A stretch of DNA of 64,000 bases. It comes from Prosthecobacter debontii. GTDB taxonomy: Bacteria > Verrucomicrobiota > Verrucomicrobiia > Verrucomicrobiales > Verrucomicrobiaceae. The stretch is taken from positions 79,409 through 143,408 of the forward strand of contig CALRWM010000001.1 in the NCBI GenBank assembly GCA_943371875.1. The letters run 5' to 3'. Shown here piece after piece: positions 19,697 to 28,378 of the stretch (position 1 is the stretch's first letter; each line of letters begins with the position of its first letter). The notes beneath the pieces were generated by a model, which worked only from the letters and a program-made list of their open reading frames with translations, did no database searches and had not been told where the DNA came from. A program made the position numbers and the translations under genes.

Positions 19697-20677
19697 TTAT
19701 TTTCCGGTCATGAATTCCGTGCCAAACAGCTCGGCAGAGCCGTTGGTCACAATTTTGGTGCCAGCGGCTGGACCGCTGGCCAGAACAGCGTCGGCACCGG
19801 AAAGGCGTGCGACCTGAATGCGTTTGCGCGTGTAAGCATGCTCAGAGGTCTGGGCATAGACCCACTGGCCACCGTGGATGTCATGCAGCACGGCATTGAA
19901 AGGAATGACGAGATGTTCTTCCTGACTTTCGGGCGTGGGGATTTCAACGGCGATGCGCTCTCCCGCGCGTAACTTGCTGTCCGCAGGCAGTTGATAATAC
20001 CAGTCCACGGTATTTGTGAGGGCATTGGCCGTGGGTGGTCCAGCGACGGGTGCGGCACTCTGGCTTTTGGCATCAAACCCAAGCGTGCGAATGCTTGCTG
20101 GTGCTTTGACGTCGAGCAGGCCGATCTCGCCGCTGTAGATCGCCACACGCACCCAGGCGCGCTTGCTGCCGCTCGTTTTGCCTACGGGATCGCCGAGGAT
20201 GTCGCGTTGCGCTTTGGCGGTCGCCATCATGCCCTCAGCGAGAGAAAGGGCGGTCTTGGCTTCATCGACGGAACGCACGCTGCCAGCTTCGGCATTGAGT
20301 ACTTTTTGCGCGCGTTCGACGGCGATCTTTGCGGCATCGATCTGGACCTTGGCTTGAAGAACGCGGCCATCAGCAGCGGCCTGCAAATCGGCGAGGCGAA
20401 GCACCTCGTCCAGCGTGCCACCAAGCACGGGCGTGACGCCGCTGCCTTCTCCGCCGAGCGGATAAACGACTTCACCTGAGAACAGCCGGGTGCCGGGGAC
20501 GCGGCGCTTTTCCACCGGTACGACTTTCAAGCGCAGGCGCTGCTCGGCATCAGGCTTGAGCGTGATGACGACGAGATCGCCTTCTTTGGTGACGGCGGCA
20601 GGAGCGGCACCGCCTGAGTCGGCGGCATGGAGCGAACTCACTGCGAGGAGGAGTGCAATGGGAGCGAATGTTTTCAT
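19697..20677 (-). CDS. Efflux RND periplasmic adaptor (membrane fusion protein)
   Basis: Signal peptide, coiled-coil hairpin, [31 protein letters not shown]; between TolC and RND genes. Confidence 0.9.
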   Translation of the reverse strand: MKTFAPIALLLAVSSLHAADSGGAAPAAVTKEGDLVVITLKPDAEQRLRLKVVPVEKRRVPGTRLFSGEVVYPLGGEGSGVTPVLGGTLDEVLRLADLQAAADGRVLQAKVQIDAAKIAVERAQKVLNAEAGSVRSVDEAKTALSLAEGMMATAKAQRDILGDPVGKTSGSKRAWVRVAIYSGEIGLLDVKAPASIRTLGFDAKSQSAAPVAGPPTANALTNTVDWYYQLPADSKLRAGERIAVEIPTPESQEEHLVIPFNAVLHDIHGGQWVYAQTSEHAYTRKRIQVARLSGADAVLASGPAAGTKIVTNGSAELFGTEFMTGK

Positions 20678-20695
20678 GGGTGCATGTGTGAAAAA

Positions 20696-22021
20696 TCAAA
20701 GGCGTGCCTGCATGGCATCTTCCAGCGCTCCGGCGGCGGTCTGCGCCTCGATGTCGGCGGCCATGCGGGCGAGACTGGCGGTGCTGGCTTCAATCTGACG
20801 GCGGGTGAGTTCGAGGGGCGAAAGCTCCCCGGCATCGACCATGCGTTTCGTGGTGCCAACCGCAGCCATGGCATCCTGCGAGAGGGTGGCGGCAGTCTGT
20901 GCTTTCCTTCGCGAGGCTGTGTAAGCGGCGAGTGCGATGTTCAGCTCACCTTGAATCGTGTCCTGCTGCGCGAGGAAGCGTGCTTCGGCAGTCTTACGTT
21001 TCGCCTCCGCCTGTGCGATGGGGCCGCGATTGCCGTTGATGGGAAGCTCGAAGCTCACACCGAGCTGCCAGCGGTTTTGACCTTGATTGTAATCGAAGCC
21101 GGGGCCGAGTCGCACATCGGGGTACTGCTTCGCATATTCCAAGCGCAGTGCGGATTCGGCGGCTGCATAATCGGCGAGGAGCGCCATCAGATCGGCCCGC
21201 TGAGTCAGCGCAAGACGCCGGCTGCTGCTGATGTTCAGGTCAGGCAGGCGCGTGAGTGAGGAGAAATCGAGTGAGATGATTTTCAAGGCTGAGAGGGGCA
21301 CGCCCACGGCGGCAGCTAGCCTGGCCTCGCCAGTGGCAGCGAGACGTTGTGCATCTTGTAATGCGAGGCGCGTGCGATTCAGAGCGAGACGTGCCTGGGT
21401 GAGCTCAAAGGGCGAGACATCTCCCGCTTCCATTTGAGCGGTGAGTTTCTTGATCGCCTCATCATGGAGGTTCCCCTCCGTCTCGAGCAGGCGGATGTTT
21501 TCGCGGGCGCTGTGCAGTTCCAGCATGGCCACACGAACGCGTGAGCGGGCAGACCAGGCACGCGCCGACACGCGCCATCTGGCGGCTTCTGCGGCAGCCA
21601 GCGCCTGCTCGGTGCGGCGTGTGCGTTTGCCAGCGGTCTCGATTTGATAGAAGACGTTGCCAGCGAGGAACCAGGGGGTGATGGAGGTTCGATGAAAGCT
21701 GGCATACTGCGGGCCGAAGGTGAAGATGGGATTTGGCAGCTGTTTGGCGGTTTTGATGGCTGCGGTCAGCTCGTCTGCCTCTGCGCGAGCGAGGGTGACA
21801 TCGGGATGAAAATACGCAGCGACCAAGGCCAGGCGATTGACCTCCCAGGTTCCTTGGGCGGCTTTTTGCTGGGTGAGGAACTGCCGCAGGCCGGGATCAT
21901 TGAACGAACGACCTGCAAACGCCGCCGAACTGGCCTCCGCCGATAGCGGGCGGGCCTGATAGTGTGCGCACGAGGTGAGCGCAGCAGCCGCGAGGGAGAC
22001 GAGGAGTGAGGTGAATTTCAT
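20696..22021 (-). CDS. TolC/CzcC-family outer membrane efflux lipoprotein
   Basis: Lipobox LTSC, two OEP helical repeats, QYPDVRLGPG, GVSFELPI. Confidence 0.9.
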   Translation of the reverse strand: MKFTSLLVSLAAAALTSCAHYQARPLSAEASSAAFAGRSFNDPGLRQFLTQQKAAQGTWEVNRLALVAAYFHPDVTLARAEADELTAAIKTAKQLPNPIFTFGPQYASFHRTSITPWFLAGNVFYQIETAGKRTRRTEQALAAAEAARWRVSARAWSARSRVRVAMLELHSARENIRLLETEGNLHDEAIKKLTAQMEAGDVSPFELTQARLALNRTRLALQDAQRLAATGEARLAAAVGVPLSALKIISLDFSSLTRLPDLNISSSRRLALTQRADLMALLADYAAAESALRLEYAKQYPDVRLGPGFDYNQGQNRWQLGVSFELPINGNRGPIAQAEAKRKTAEARFLAQQDTIQGELNIALAAYTASRRKAQTAATLSQDAMAAVGTTKRMVDAGELSPLELTRRQIEASTASLARMAADIEAQTAAGALEDAMQARL

Positions 22022-22080
22022 GACGAACAGCTGTCATGAAGCGACTTTGCTAGCCGATCTCCAATGAAAGAACCGTCATT
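22017..22080. promoter_or_regulatory. Two ATGAC-based dyads upstream of/overlapping the efflux operon start (CusR/CopR-box-like)
   Basis: TTCATGAC-N8-GTCATGAA (22017-22040) and AATGAA-N6-GTCATT (22063-22080); E. coli CusR box geometry is ATGAC-N6-GTCAT. Confidence 0.5.
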
Positions 22081-22087
22081 AAATTCG

Positions 22088-23158
22088 TCATTTCTGCGCA
22101 GCCGGCAGGGTCAAGGTGAGCTGGGTGCGAGCGTCTTCCAGGACCTGGAAAAACAGGCTGCCGTGATGCGATCTGGCGATGGATTCAGCGATGCTCAGGC
22201 CGAGACCGCTGCCCTCGACAGTGTTGCTGTGCGAAGCGTCGCCACGCAGGAAGCGTTCGAAAACCCGGGGACGCAATTCGGGCGGCAGCGCCGGGCCAGT
22301 ATTGGTGATGCGGAAGGTGGCATGAGCTTCGCCTTGATGCAGCGTCAGGGAAATGCTGCCATTTTTATGATTATGCTTCACGGCATTGTCGCCAAGAATG
22401 AGCAGAAGCTGGCGCAGCCGCATGCGGTCTCCGGCCACCTGGGCTGGCTGGCATGAGCCGAGCGCGACGCTTATGTTCTGGGAGGCGGAGAGCAGCGTGA
22501 GGTCTTCAATAAGATCGCGCACGAGTTCATGCAGGGCTACAGTGCCATGGGTGGTCTCCAGCAAGCCGGCGTCCGCCTTAGCAAGGAAGGCAAGCTGGCC
22601 AACGATGCTGGAGAGACGCTGGACTTCCTCCAGCATGGAGGTGATGCGTTCGCGATGCACTACTGGCGTGGTGGTGTCCTCGATCATTTGTTCGAGCGTG
22701 CCGTGGAGAATGGTGAGAGGGGTTTTGAGTTCATGCGAGGCGTGCAGAGTGAACTCGCGAGCCTGGGTGAAGGATGCGCCGAGGCGCTCTTTCATGCCGT
22801 TGAAAACAGCGGTCATGCGATCAAGCTCGTCACCGTTGGCGCTGCGTGTCACGGGTTCGGCGAGGTTGGAGGCGGTGGTTTTTTCGAGAGCCTCTGTCAG
22901 TTCCTCGATGGGTCGCAGGGCGCGCCGCATGAGCAAGCTGCCGCCGATGATGCCGAGGAGCAAAGCTGGCAGGCCACCGAGCAGGATGATTTCGACTGTT
23001 TCAACCAACGGGTTGTGCTTCATGGCGGCCTCCGCACCGCCGCGCAGTGCTGCATCGCGCTGCTCGTTGAACTCAAACCAGCTCCAGAATGCTACGATGA
23101 CGAGCGACACGCTGAGCGTGGCGGCATAATAAAGCAAAATGCGTCGGCGCAGAGTCAT
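22088..23158 (-). CDS. HAMP-domain sensor histidine kinase (CusS/CzcS-like) with very short periplasmic loop
   Basis: Two TMs, HAMP (LRPIEELT..DELDRMTAVFNGM), H-box ASHELKTPLT, N-box LGDNAVKH, GSGLGLSIA. Confidence 0.93.
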   Translation of the reverse strand: MTLRRRILLYYAATLSVSLVIVAFWSWFEFNEQRDAALRGGAEAAMKHNPLVETVEIILLGGLPALLLGIIGGSLLMRRALRPIEELTEALEKTTASNLAEPVTRSANGDELDRMTAVFNGMKERLGASFTQAREFTLHASHELKTPLTILHGTLEQMIEDTTTPVVHRERITSMLEEVQRLSSIVGQLAFLAKADAGLLETTHGTVALHELVRDLIEDLTLLSASQNISVALGSCQPAQVAGDRMRLRQLLLILGDNAVKHNHKNGSISLTLHQGEAHATFRITNTGPALPPELRPRVFERFLRGDASHSNTVEGSGLGLSIAESIARSHHGSLFFQVLEDARTQLTLTLPAAQK

Positions 23159-23829
23159 GGCTGAAGGCGCAGCGCGTAGCCGAAGCCGCGCACCGTTTGA
23201 ATAAGCATGGGCGAGTGGTCACGATCGATCTTTTCCCGCAGACGACGAACATAGACATCTACGAGATTGGTGCCGGGATCAAAATCATACTCCCACACGC
23301 TGACGATGATGTCGCGGCGGCTGACAACGCGGCCTTCGGCACGCAGCAGGCATTCCAACAGCAGGCTCTCGCGTGAAGATAATTCGATGCGTTTGCCAGC
23401 ACGCCGCGTCTCGCGGGTGCCGATGTCGTAGGTCAGATCCGCCAGGGTCAGCACATTGGTTTTGAGTGCCACGTTCCGCCGCAGAAGTGAGCGCAGGCGC
23501 GCGAGGAGTTCCGACATGGCGAAGGGCTTCGGCAAATAATCGTCTGCGCCCGCATTCAAGCCCTCCACGCGTTGCTCCACCTCGCCACGGGCGGAAAGCA
23601 TGATGACAGGTGTGGTGAGTCCCTGCTGACGGAGCTCGCGCACGAGGCTGAGGCCGGTGCGCTTTGGCAGCATGATGTCCACAAGCAGGGCGTCAAAGGT
23701 TCCGCTCAAGGCGGTCTGGAGTCCGCTCTCTCCATCAGCGACATGACTGACATGATATTCCTCCTGCCGCAGCGTGCTGGCGAGCAGCGCGGCGGTCTTG
23801 GGATCATCTTCAACAATCAGGACATGCAT
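23155..23829 (-). CDS. OmpR-family response regulator (CusR/CzcR-like)
   Basis: MHVLIVEDD, DIMLP, GADDYLPKPF, wHTH VWEYDFDPGTNLVDVYVRRLREKID, TVRGFGY. Confidence 0.95.
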   Translation of the reverse strand: MHVLIVEDDPKTAALLASTLRQEEYHVSHVADGESGLQTALSGTFDALLVDIMLPKRTGLSLVRELRQQGLTTPVIMLSARGEVEQRVEGLNAGADDYLPKPFAMSELLARLRSLLRRNVALKTNVLTLADLTYDIGTRETRRAGKRIELSSRESLLLECLLRAEGRVVSRRDIIVSVWEYDFDPGTNLVDVYVRRLREKIDRDHSPMLIQTVRGFGYALRLQP

Positions 23830-23864
23830 GGGAGCGAAGAAGGATGGATCTGAAGGAGGCGGCA

Positions 23865-23882
23865 AATGATGATGCTGTCATA
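23865..23882. promoter_or_regulatory. CusR-box-like dyad upstream of the response regulator
   Basis: AATGAT-GATGCT-GTCATA, same ATGAn-N6-GTCAT geometry as 22063-22080, 36 bp upstream of the start codon. Confidence 0.45.
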
Positions 23883-23909
23883 TAGCCACGGGGCTGCGGC
23901 TGCCTGCTG

Positions 23910-23953
23910 AACTCGGTGTAACGAACCGATCTGTTACTGAGCTACCCTCCTGG
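23910..23953 (-). pseudogene. Degenerate 5'-half tRNA-Val fragment (att-like scar)
   Basis: aactcggtgtaa-cgaaccgatctgttactgagcta aligns 30/36 with 16529-16564; about 37/46 including acceptor stem and flank; no T-arm or CCA. Confidence 0.75.
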
Positions 23954-24049
23954 GAGTGATGACGCAAGCTCGCGTTTGGAATGACCTTTGGCCTGAAGCA
24001 TTTCGCAAGCGGGCTGTTGCGATTGGGATTGATTTGGGGACTGTGGGGG

Positions 24050-25123
24050 ATGAAAACCGCTGTTTGGGCTGCTGCCTTTTTCATTTGGGTGAACGTGCTG
24101 GCTGCTGTTGCTGGCGAGGGGGAGGTGCTGCCGCCGCCGGTGGCGAATCTGCCGTGGGAGCATGGGGACACGGGGTTGCGGCTGCCGGGTGAACTGGCGA
24201 AGATGACGGCGGAGCAGGTGTTTCACTACGAGACGGCGGCGCTGGGCTTTTCGGTGCGGTATTCGGACCGCCAGGCACGGATGCGCGGGGATGTGTATGT
24301 GTACCCGTCTCCGAAACCGGCGGCGACGGCGGCGGAGATCAAGCAGGCGCTGCGTGAGAGTGCAGGAAGTGCGCTGTGGGAGGTGGAGGAGATGCAGCGG
24401 CGGGGACACTACCTGAAGCTGAAAATCGGGGAGGCTGAGTACCAGCCGTTTGACCTGATCCCTGAGACGGCGGGTGTGAGCGGCCTACTATCCCTGCGGA
24501 TGAACTACATGATCCTGGAGCGGGACGATGCGGGGGGGAGCACTGAGACGGCGGTGGGCAGTTTTCTGGGTCTGATGATGCTGAAGGACTTTCTGGTGAA
24601 AGTGCGCGTGACCTATCCGGCGGATGGTGATGCGAAAGAGCAGGAGAAGGTGGAGCAGCGGGTGATGGATTTTGTGAATGCGGCGCGGCGCTGTGTGCTG
24701 GACCCGGGATTGCGCGGGCAGGTGGCGGCGCAGATTGAGACGTATCGGCGTGATCCGCTTTCCGAGGCGGGGCATGACCTGGCGGGCGGGATCCTGGGCT
24801 ATGCGGAAGCGACGCCGCTGATTGCACTGACGATTGATGAGACGATCAGCACTCTGGGTGAGGATTTGGAGAAAGAGCAGCCTGGGGCTTCGCTGGAGCT
24901 GCTGCGGGCTTTCATTGTGGGGGCGGTGGCGGAGTCGCTGAAGAAGCCGGGGGAGAAGGCGGCGGATCTGCCGCAGGCGGGGGCTGCGGAGGTGGTGAGG
25001 GTGTTTGGGGTGATGCAGAAGGGGAAGCCGGGGCTTGCGAGCGGGCGTTTAACGGAACTTGAGAGTGCGGTGAAGGGGAAGAGGGTGGGGGCGTGGTTGA
25101 GGGGGAGGGTGGGGAAGAATTAA
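24050..25123 (+). CDS. Hypothetical exported protein
   Basis: Long ORF, signal peptide MKTAVWAAAFFIWVNVLAAVA, consistent G-ending codon usage; no family recognised. Confidence 0.7.
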   Translation: MKTAVWAAAFFIWVNVLAAVAGEGEVLPPPVANLPWEHGDTGLRLPGELAKMTAEQVFHYETAALGFSVRYSDRQARMRGDVYVYPSPKPAATAAEIKQALRESAGSALWEVEEMQRRGHYLKLKIGEAEYQPFDLIPETAGVSGLLSLRMNYMILERDDAGGSTETAVGSFLGLMMLKDFLVKVRVTYPADGDAKEQEKVEQRVMDFVNAARRCVLDPGLRGQVAAQIETYRRDPLSEAGHDLAGGILGYAEATPLIALTIDETISTLGEDLEKEQPGASLELLRAFIVGAVAESLKKPGEKAADLPQAGAAEVVRVFGVMQKGKPGLASGRLTELESAVKGKRVGAWLRGRVGKN

Positions 25124-25442
25124 TTATGAAGGATGAATTATGAATTATGAATTATGAAGGGTGAAGAATAGGTCGGATAGGGCCTATGGGACCGATAGGG
25201 CTGATGATGGGGCGTGGCAGTGGGAGCGATGGGCGGTGTGGACGCGTGAGGGATCGGGACGATCCCTCTCCTCCAGAACGCTGATGCGTTAGCTGAGCAC
25301 CTGAGGTGCATCGAGCTTGATGGGTCCACACGCGGCGTGGACTCTTTTCAACTGCGCGTGGTGTGAGATGATTGCGGTGGGTGTGCGGGGGCGAGGGGGA
25401 TTGCGGTGGCGCTGGTCGACAGACAGGAGTGTCTGTCGTACT
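25121..25442. repeat. Mosaic of ATGAATT heptamer array, ATAGG nonamer array and three REP-like hairpins
   Basis: TAATT ATGAAGG (ATGAATT)x3 ATGAAGG; ATAGGTCGG ATAGGGCCT ATGGGACCG ATAGGGCTG (25168-25203); hairpins 25248-25268, 25324-25342, 25417-25438. Confidence 0.85.
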
Positions 25443-25460
25443 TCTATGCAGAGAGCTGGC

Positions 25461-25811
25461 CTATTTGTTTCCCTGATGCATGGGCGAGGGTGCTGACACG
25501 ATGAGGACGATGTGTCTCACAAAATCAGGGCCGAAAATTGGTTGGTGGAGATCGATTTGGACGTGCATTCCAGGTCGAAGGGCCGCAGGGGAGGCATCGG
25601 GAGTGCCGTGCCAGAATCTTGCCTGGTGGGCATAGACAAAGCGGTGAACTTGCTTGCCGTTGCTCTGCTCAAAAGTGACGGAGCGGGTTGAGTGATCGAC
25701 GCTGGTGACAATGCCTGTCATGGTGGTGCCGCTTGGCTGAATGGCGGAGGCTGTGATGGGGAAATGACATGCGGCGAGAAGGATGAGGAATGCGAGACGA
25801 AGGTTTTTCAT
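25461..25811 (-). CDS. Small exported His-rich protein, possible OB-fold (CusF-like topology)
   Basis: Signal peptide; TMTGIVTSVDHSTRSVTF...LRPGMHVQI pattern; several His. Confidence 0.6.
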   Translation of the reverse strand: MKNLRLAFLILLAACHFPITASAIQPSGTTMTGIVTSVDHSTRSVTFEQSNGKQVHRFVYAHQARFWHGTPDASPAALRPGMHVQIDLHQPIFGPDFVRHIVLIVSAPSPMHQGNK

Positions 25812-26022
25812 GAGGATGATGGTTTGAGGATGTGCGGAAGGTGGCGGGGTGTTTTTCTTCCGGGAGGGGCTGGGTGCGCTGTTTGAGAGGTGGGGAAGGG
25901 AAGAGGTGTGCAGGGGACGATGAAGCAGGGGCAGGCGACCGATTGCCGCCGAGAGGCGTGGCCGGGGCGCGATCCACCGCAGGCGGATGGCATCACGGCA
26001 AGAAAGGGTCAGCGCCCTGTCT

Positions 26023-26529
26023 TCAACACTGCAGCAGGGTCTTACCCGCCTTTAGCTGTACTCCTGGAGACCACACGGGGGCCTGCTCACTGCGAACCAT
26101 GCGTTCGCGCCTTGGTGCGGAGGGAAGTTTTACCAGCAGGGCATGCACCGGAGCCGGTGGGATGCTGGTGGCGACTGAGAGCATGTCGCGCTGTGTGGGA
26201 CGGCCGAGATCTGCTATGGACTGGAAGGCGAGGATGTGGTCGGACTTCTGGGAAGTGGCCGCTTGAGCAAAGACCATCATCAGGGTGGTCAGGCGGCTGT
26301 GCACGTGCACTCGCTGTGATGCATCCATGCCCTCATGGGAAAGCACCACGCGCACCTGGCCTTCGGAGGTGTTGCCGACTTTGACTTGATGGCAGCGATC
26401 GAAGCTGGCAGCGAGGAGGGTTAAAGCAGGGGCGAGTCCATTCGAAGAGAGCAACCAGCCGAGCAGTAGCAACACATTCACCATCCGGGTCAACGGAGAT
26501 GAGGTGTGTTCATTGCGTCGGGCGGTCAT
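26023..26529 (-). CDS. Hypothetical His-containing membrane/exported protein
   Basis: N-terminal hydrophobic helix, CHQV, VVLSHEG, HVHSR, DHILAF; co-oriented upstream of 25461-25811. Confidence 0.55.
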   Translation of the reverse strand: MTARRNEHTSSPLTRMVNVLLLLGWLLSSNGLAPALTLLAASFDRCHQVKVGNTSEGQVRVVLSHEGMDASQRVHVHSRLTTLMMVFAQAATSQKSDHILAFQSIADLGRPTQRDMLSVATSIPPAPVHALLVKLPSAPRRERMVRSEQAPVWSPGVQLKAGKTLLQC

Positions 26530-26654
26530 TGGATGATGGAGATTAAAGCTGTCAACGAGAGGTGCCAGCGTAAAAGATGCGCCGAGTTTGCGCCGCGAGA
26601 GGTGGGTCTGCCGTGGGAGCTGGTTTCGCTACGAGACGGCGGCGGCGGGTGAGG

Positions 26655-27058
26655 GCCGCATGCCGGTGGTATGCGAGAGCCGTGCGCAAACTCTGCGTGT
26701 GCGCTGGGCGTAAAAACGTTTCTCGCATACCTCCGGCATGCGGCTTTGATCTCGGACATATAGTGTCCTTGATCCGGTGGTTCTCGCTCGCCAAGCCTCG
26801 CTTCACCGCCGGCTAATTTCTCTGCTTTGCCTTCGGCTGTCTCCGCTTCGCTACGGCTCTGCCGGGAGCTCATGGTAGGCAAATGGAAATGCCGGGGGAT
26901 GAAGTGGAGGCGTATGAGGAGGTGAAGCAGCTAACGAATGCTCAGAAGCCGCACACGGAGTGTGCGGACCACTATGCAGATGCCTAGCTCGGAGTAGCGA
27001 GCGATGGCGGAACGCCGCACAGGGGATTCCCTTCGGGGCTGCGCAGGTGCGGACCACT
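26655..27058. repeat. BIME-like cluster of REP-like palindromes
   Basis: 24-bp inverted repeat 26655-26678/26721-26744 (1 mismatch); 33-nt copy of 6126-6158 at 26827-26859; hairpin ccgcacac-gga-gtgtgcgg 26949-26967; gtgcggaccact repeated at 27047-27058. Confidence 0.85.
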
Positions 27059-27117
27059 TTGCTGGCGCCTTTGCGACGCTCTTTGATATGTCCAGCTTTT
27101 GGCTGGCTTAAGCCGCT

Positions 27118-28176
27118 TTAGGCATTGGCACGCAGGTAGGTGAAGCTGCGTTCGGCTTCGCCTTTTTGGTAGGCGATTTCGGCGTCTTTTTTGGCGGGGC
27201 CGTCGGGGGCTTTGAAGGTGTCGATTTTTTTGCCGCGTTTGGCCATGTCGAGCCAGGCTTTGAACATGGGGGTGTCGCGGTGATTGGGGAAGATGTTCCA
27301 GAACTCGTCTTTCTTCCAGGAGAAGGGGCGGGCGAAGCCGGAGATGGTTTCGACCTGGAGGGGGACGCCGGGGGCGAGCTCGGCGAAGCGTTTGGCGTAG
27401 GCTTTGTAATCGACGAGGCCTTCGCCGACGGCGGTCCACTGGACGACGGCGCCGTTTTCGTCCTCCCAGAGCATGCTGTCGCGGACGCTGCTGCAGATGG
27501 TGAGGGGGCCGAGGGCTTCGAGGTGGAGCATGGGCTCTTCGAGGGCCCAGACGGCGTTGCCGGGGTCGATGTTGGCGCCGACGTAGCCTTTGCCTGCGGC
27601 TTCGATGAGGGCTTTGAGTTCGTGGGACTGCATGTCGCCGGCGTGATTTTCGACGGCAATTTTGATGCCTTCGCCTTCGGCTTTGGACTGGCAGGCTTTG
27701 ATGGTTTTGACGATCGATTCGATGTGCTTCTGGATGCCGCCATCGCTGCTGCGGTCCTTTTGATCGCCTAGGTAGCAGCGTGCGACGGGGGAGCCGAGGG
27801 TTTTGGCGATGCGGATGGTGAGGCTGAGGTGCTCCTCGGGGGTGCCGTAGTTGTCTTTCCAGCGGTTGGCGGTTTTGCAGACGCTGCCGGTGCCGACGTA
27901 GAGTTTCAGTCCGGCGCGATCGGCCTGTTCTTTGAGGCTTTTGAGATAGGCTTCTTCGAAGTTTTCAAACACATGGAGTTCGGAGATGAACATGGTGTCG
28001 AGCTTCAAGGAGGCGGCGTAGTCGATGAACTGCGCGGCTTTCCAGCCGGTGGCGCGGACGGCGAAGTGATCGAGGCCGAGGGCGAGTTTGGAGCCGGTGG
28101 CAGCCTGGGAGAGGGAGGCAGCGGCGGTGGCGGCGAGGGATTGCGCGAGGAAGGAGCGGCGGTTCATGCGGCGCAT
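27118..28176 (-). CDS. Tat-exported sugar phosphate isomerase/epimerase (xylose-isomerase-like TIM barrel)
   Basis: MNRRSFL Tat motif; AVENHAGD, NIDPGN, VRDS, GEGLVDY, QVETI. Confidence 0.88.
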   Translation of the reverse strand: MRRMNRRSFLAQSLAATAAASLSQAATGSKLALGLDHFAVRATGWKAAQFIDYAASLKLDTMFISELHVFENFEEAYLKSLKEQADRAGLKLYVGTGSVCKTANRWKDNYGTPEEHLSLTIRIAKTLGSPVARCYLGDQKDRSSDGGIQKHIESIVKTIKACQSKAEGEGIKIAVENHAGDMQSHELKALIEAAGKGYVGANIDPGNAVWALEEPMLHLEALGPLTICSSVRDSMLWEDENGAVVQWTAVGEGLVDYKAYAKRFAELAPGVPLQVETISGFARPFSWKKDEFWNIFPNHRDTPMFKAWLDMAKRGKKIDTFKAPDGPAKKDAEIAYQKGEAERSFTYLRANA

Positions 28177-28235
28177 GCTAGCGGAGGCGTGTGGGCTGTC
28201 GATGGGGAATCGCGACATGCAGGGCGGAAGCCGGA

Positions 28236-28357
28236 CGGGCTGAAGCCGGGACTACAATACGAAGAGGGCTGGACGCGGAGGCTGCCTATTTGCGCGGTGT
28301 CCTGAGTGTTTGCGGTGCGACAGGATCGAGGACGAGTTCGAGTAGGAGGACGAGGAC
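28236..28357. repeat. REP-like hairpin plus GAGGAC hexamer array
   Basis: cgggctgaagccgggactac (28236-28255); GAGGAC GAGTTC GAGTAG GAGGAC GAGGAC (28328-28357). Confidence 0.65.
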
Positions 28358-28378
28358 GATTTTACCTCTCGCTGGGGC

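Larger units (their letters stand above)
16572..23909. mobile_element. Putative decayed tRNA-integrated island carrying heavy-metal RND efflux and a two-component system
   Basis: Bracketed by tRNA-Val 5' half (16529-16574) and a same-orientation degenerate copy (23910-23953); five co-oriented genes; no integrase found. Confidence 0.5.

Noticed and set aside
25121-25203. Periodic repeats as a possible CRISPR array (also 16116-16150 and 55497-55531)
   Set aside because: Units are 7-9 bp with no unique 25-45 bp spacers, and there are no cas genes.
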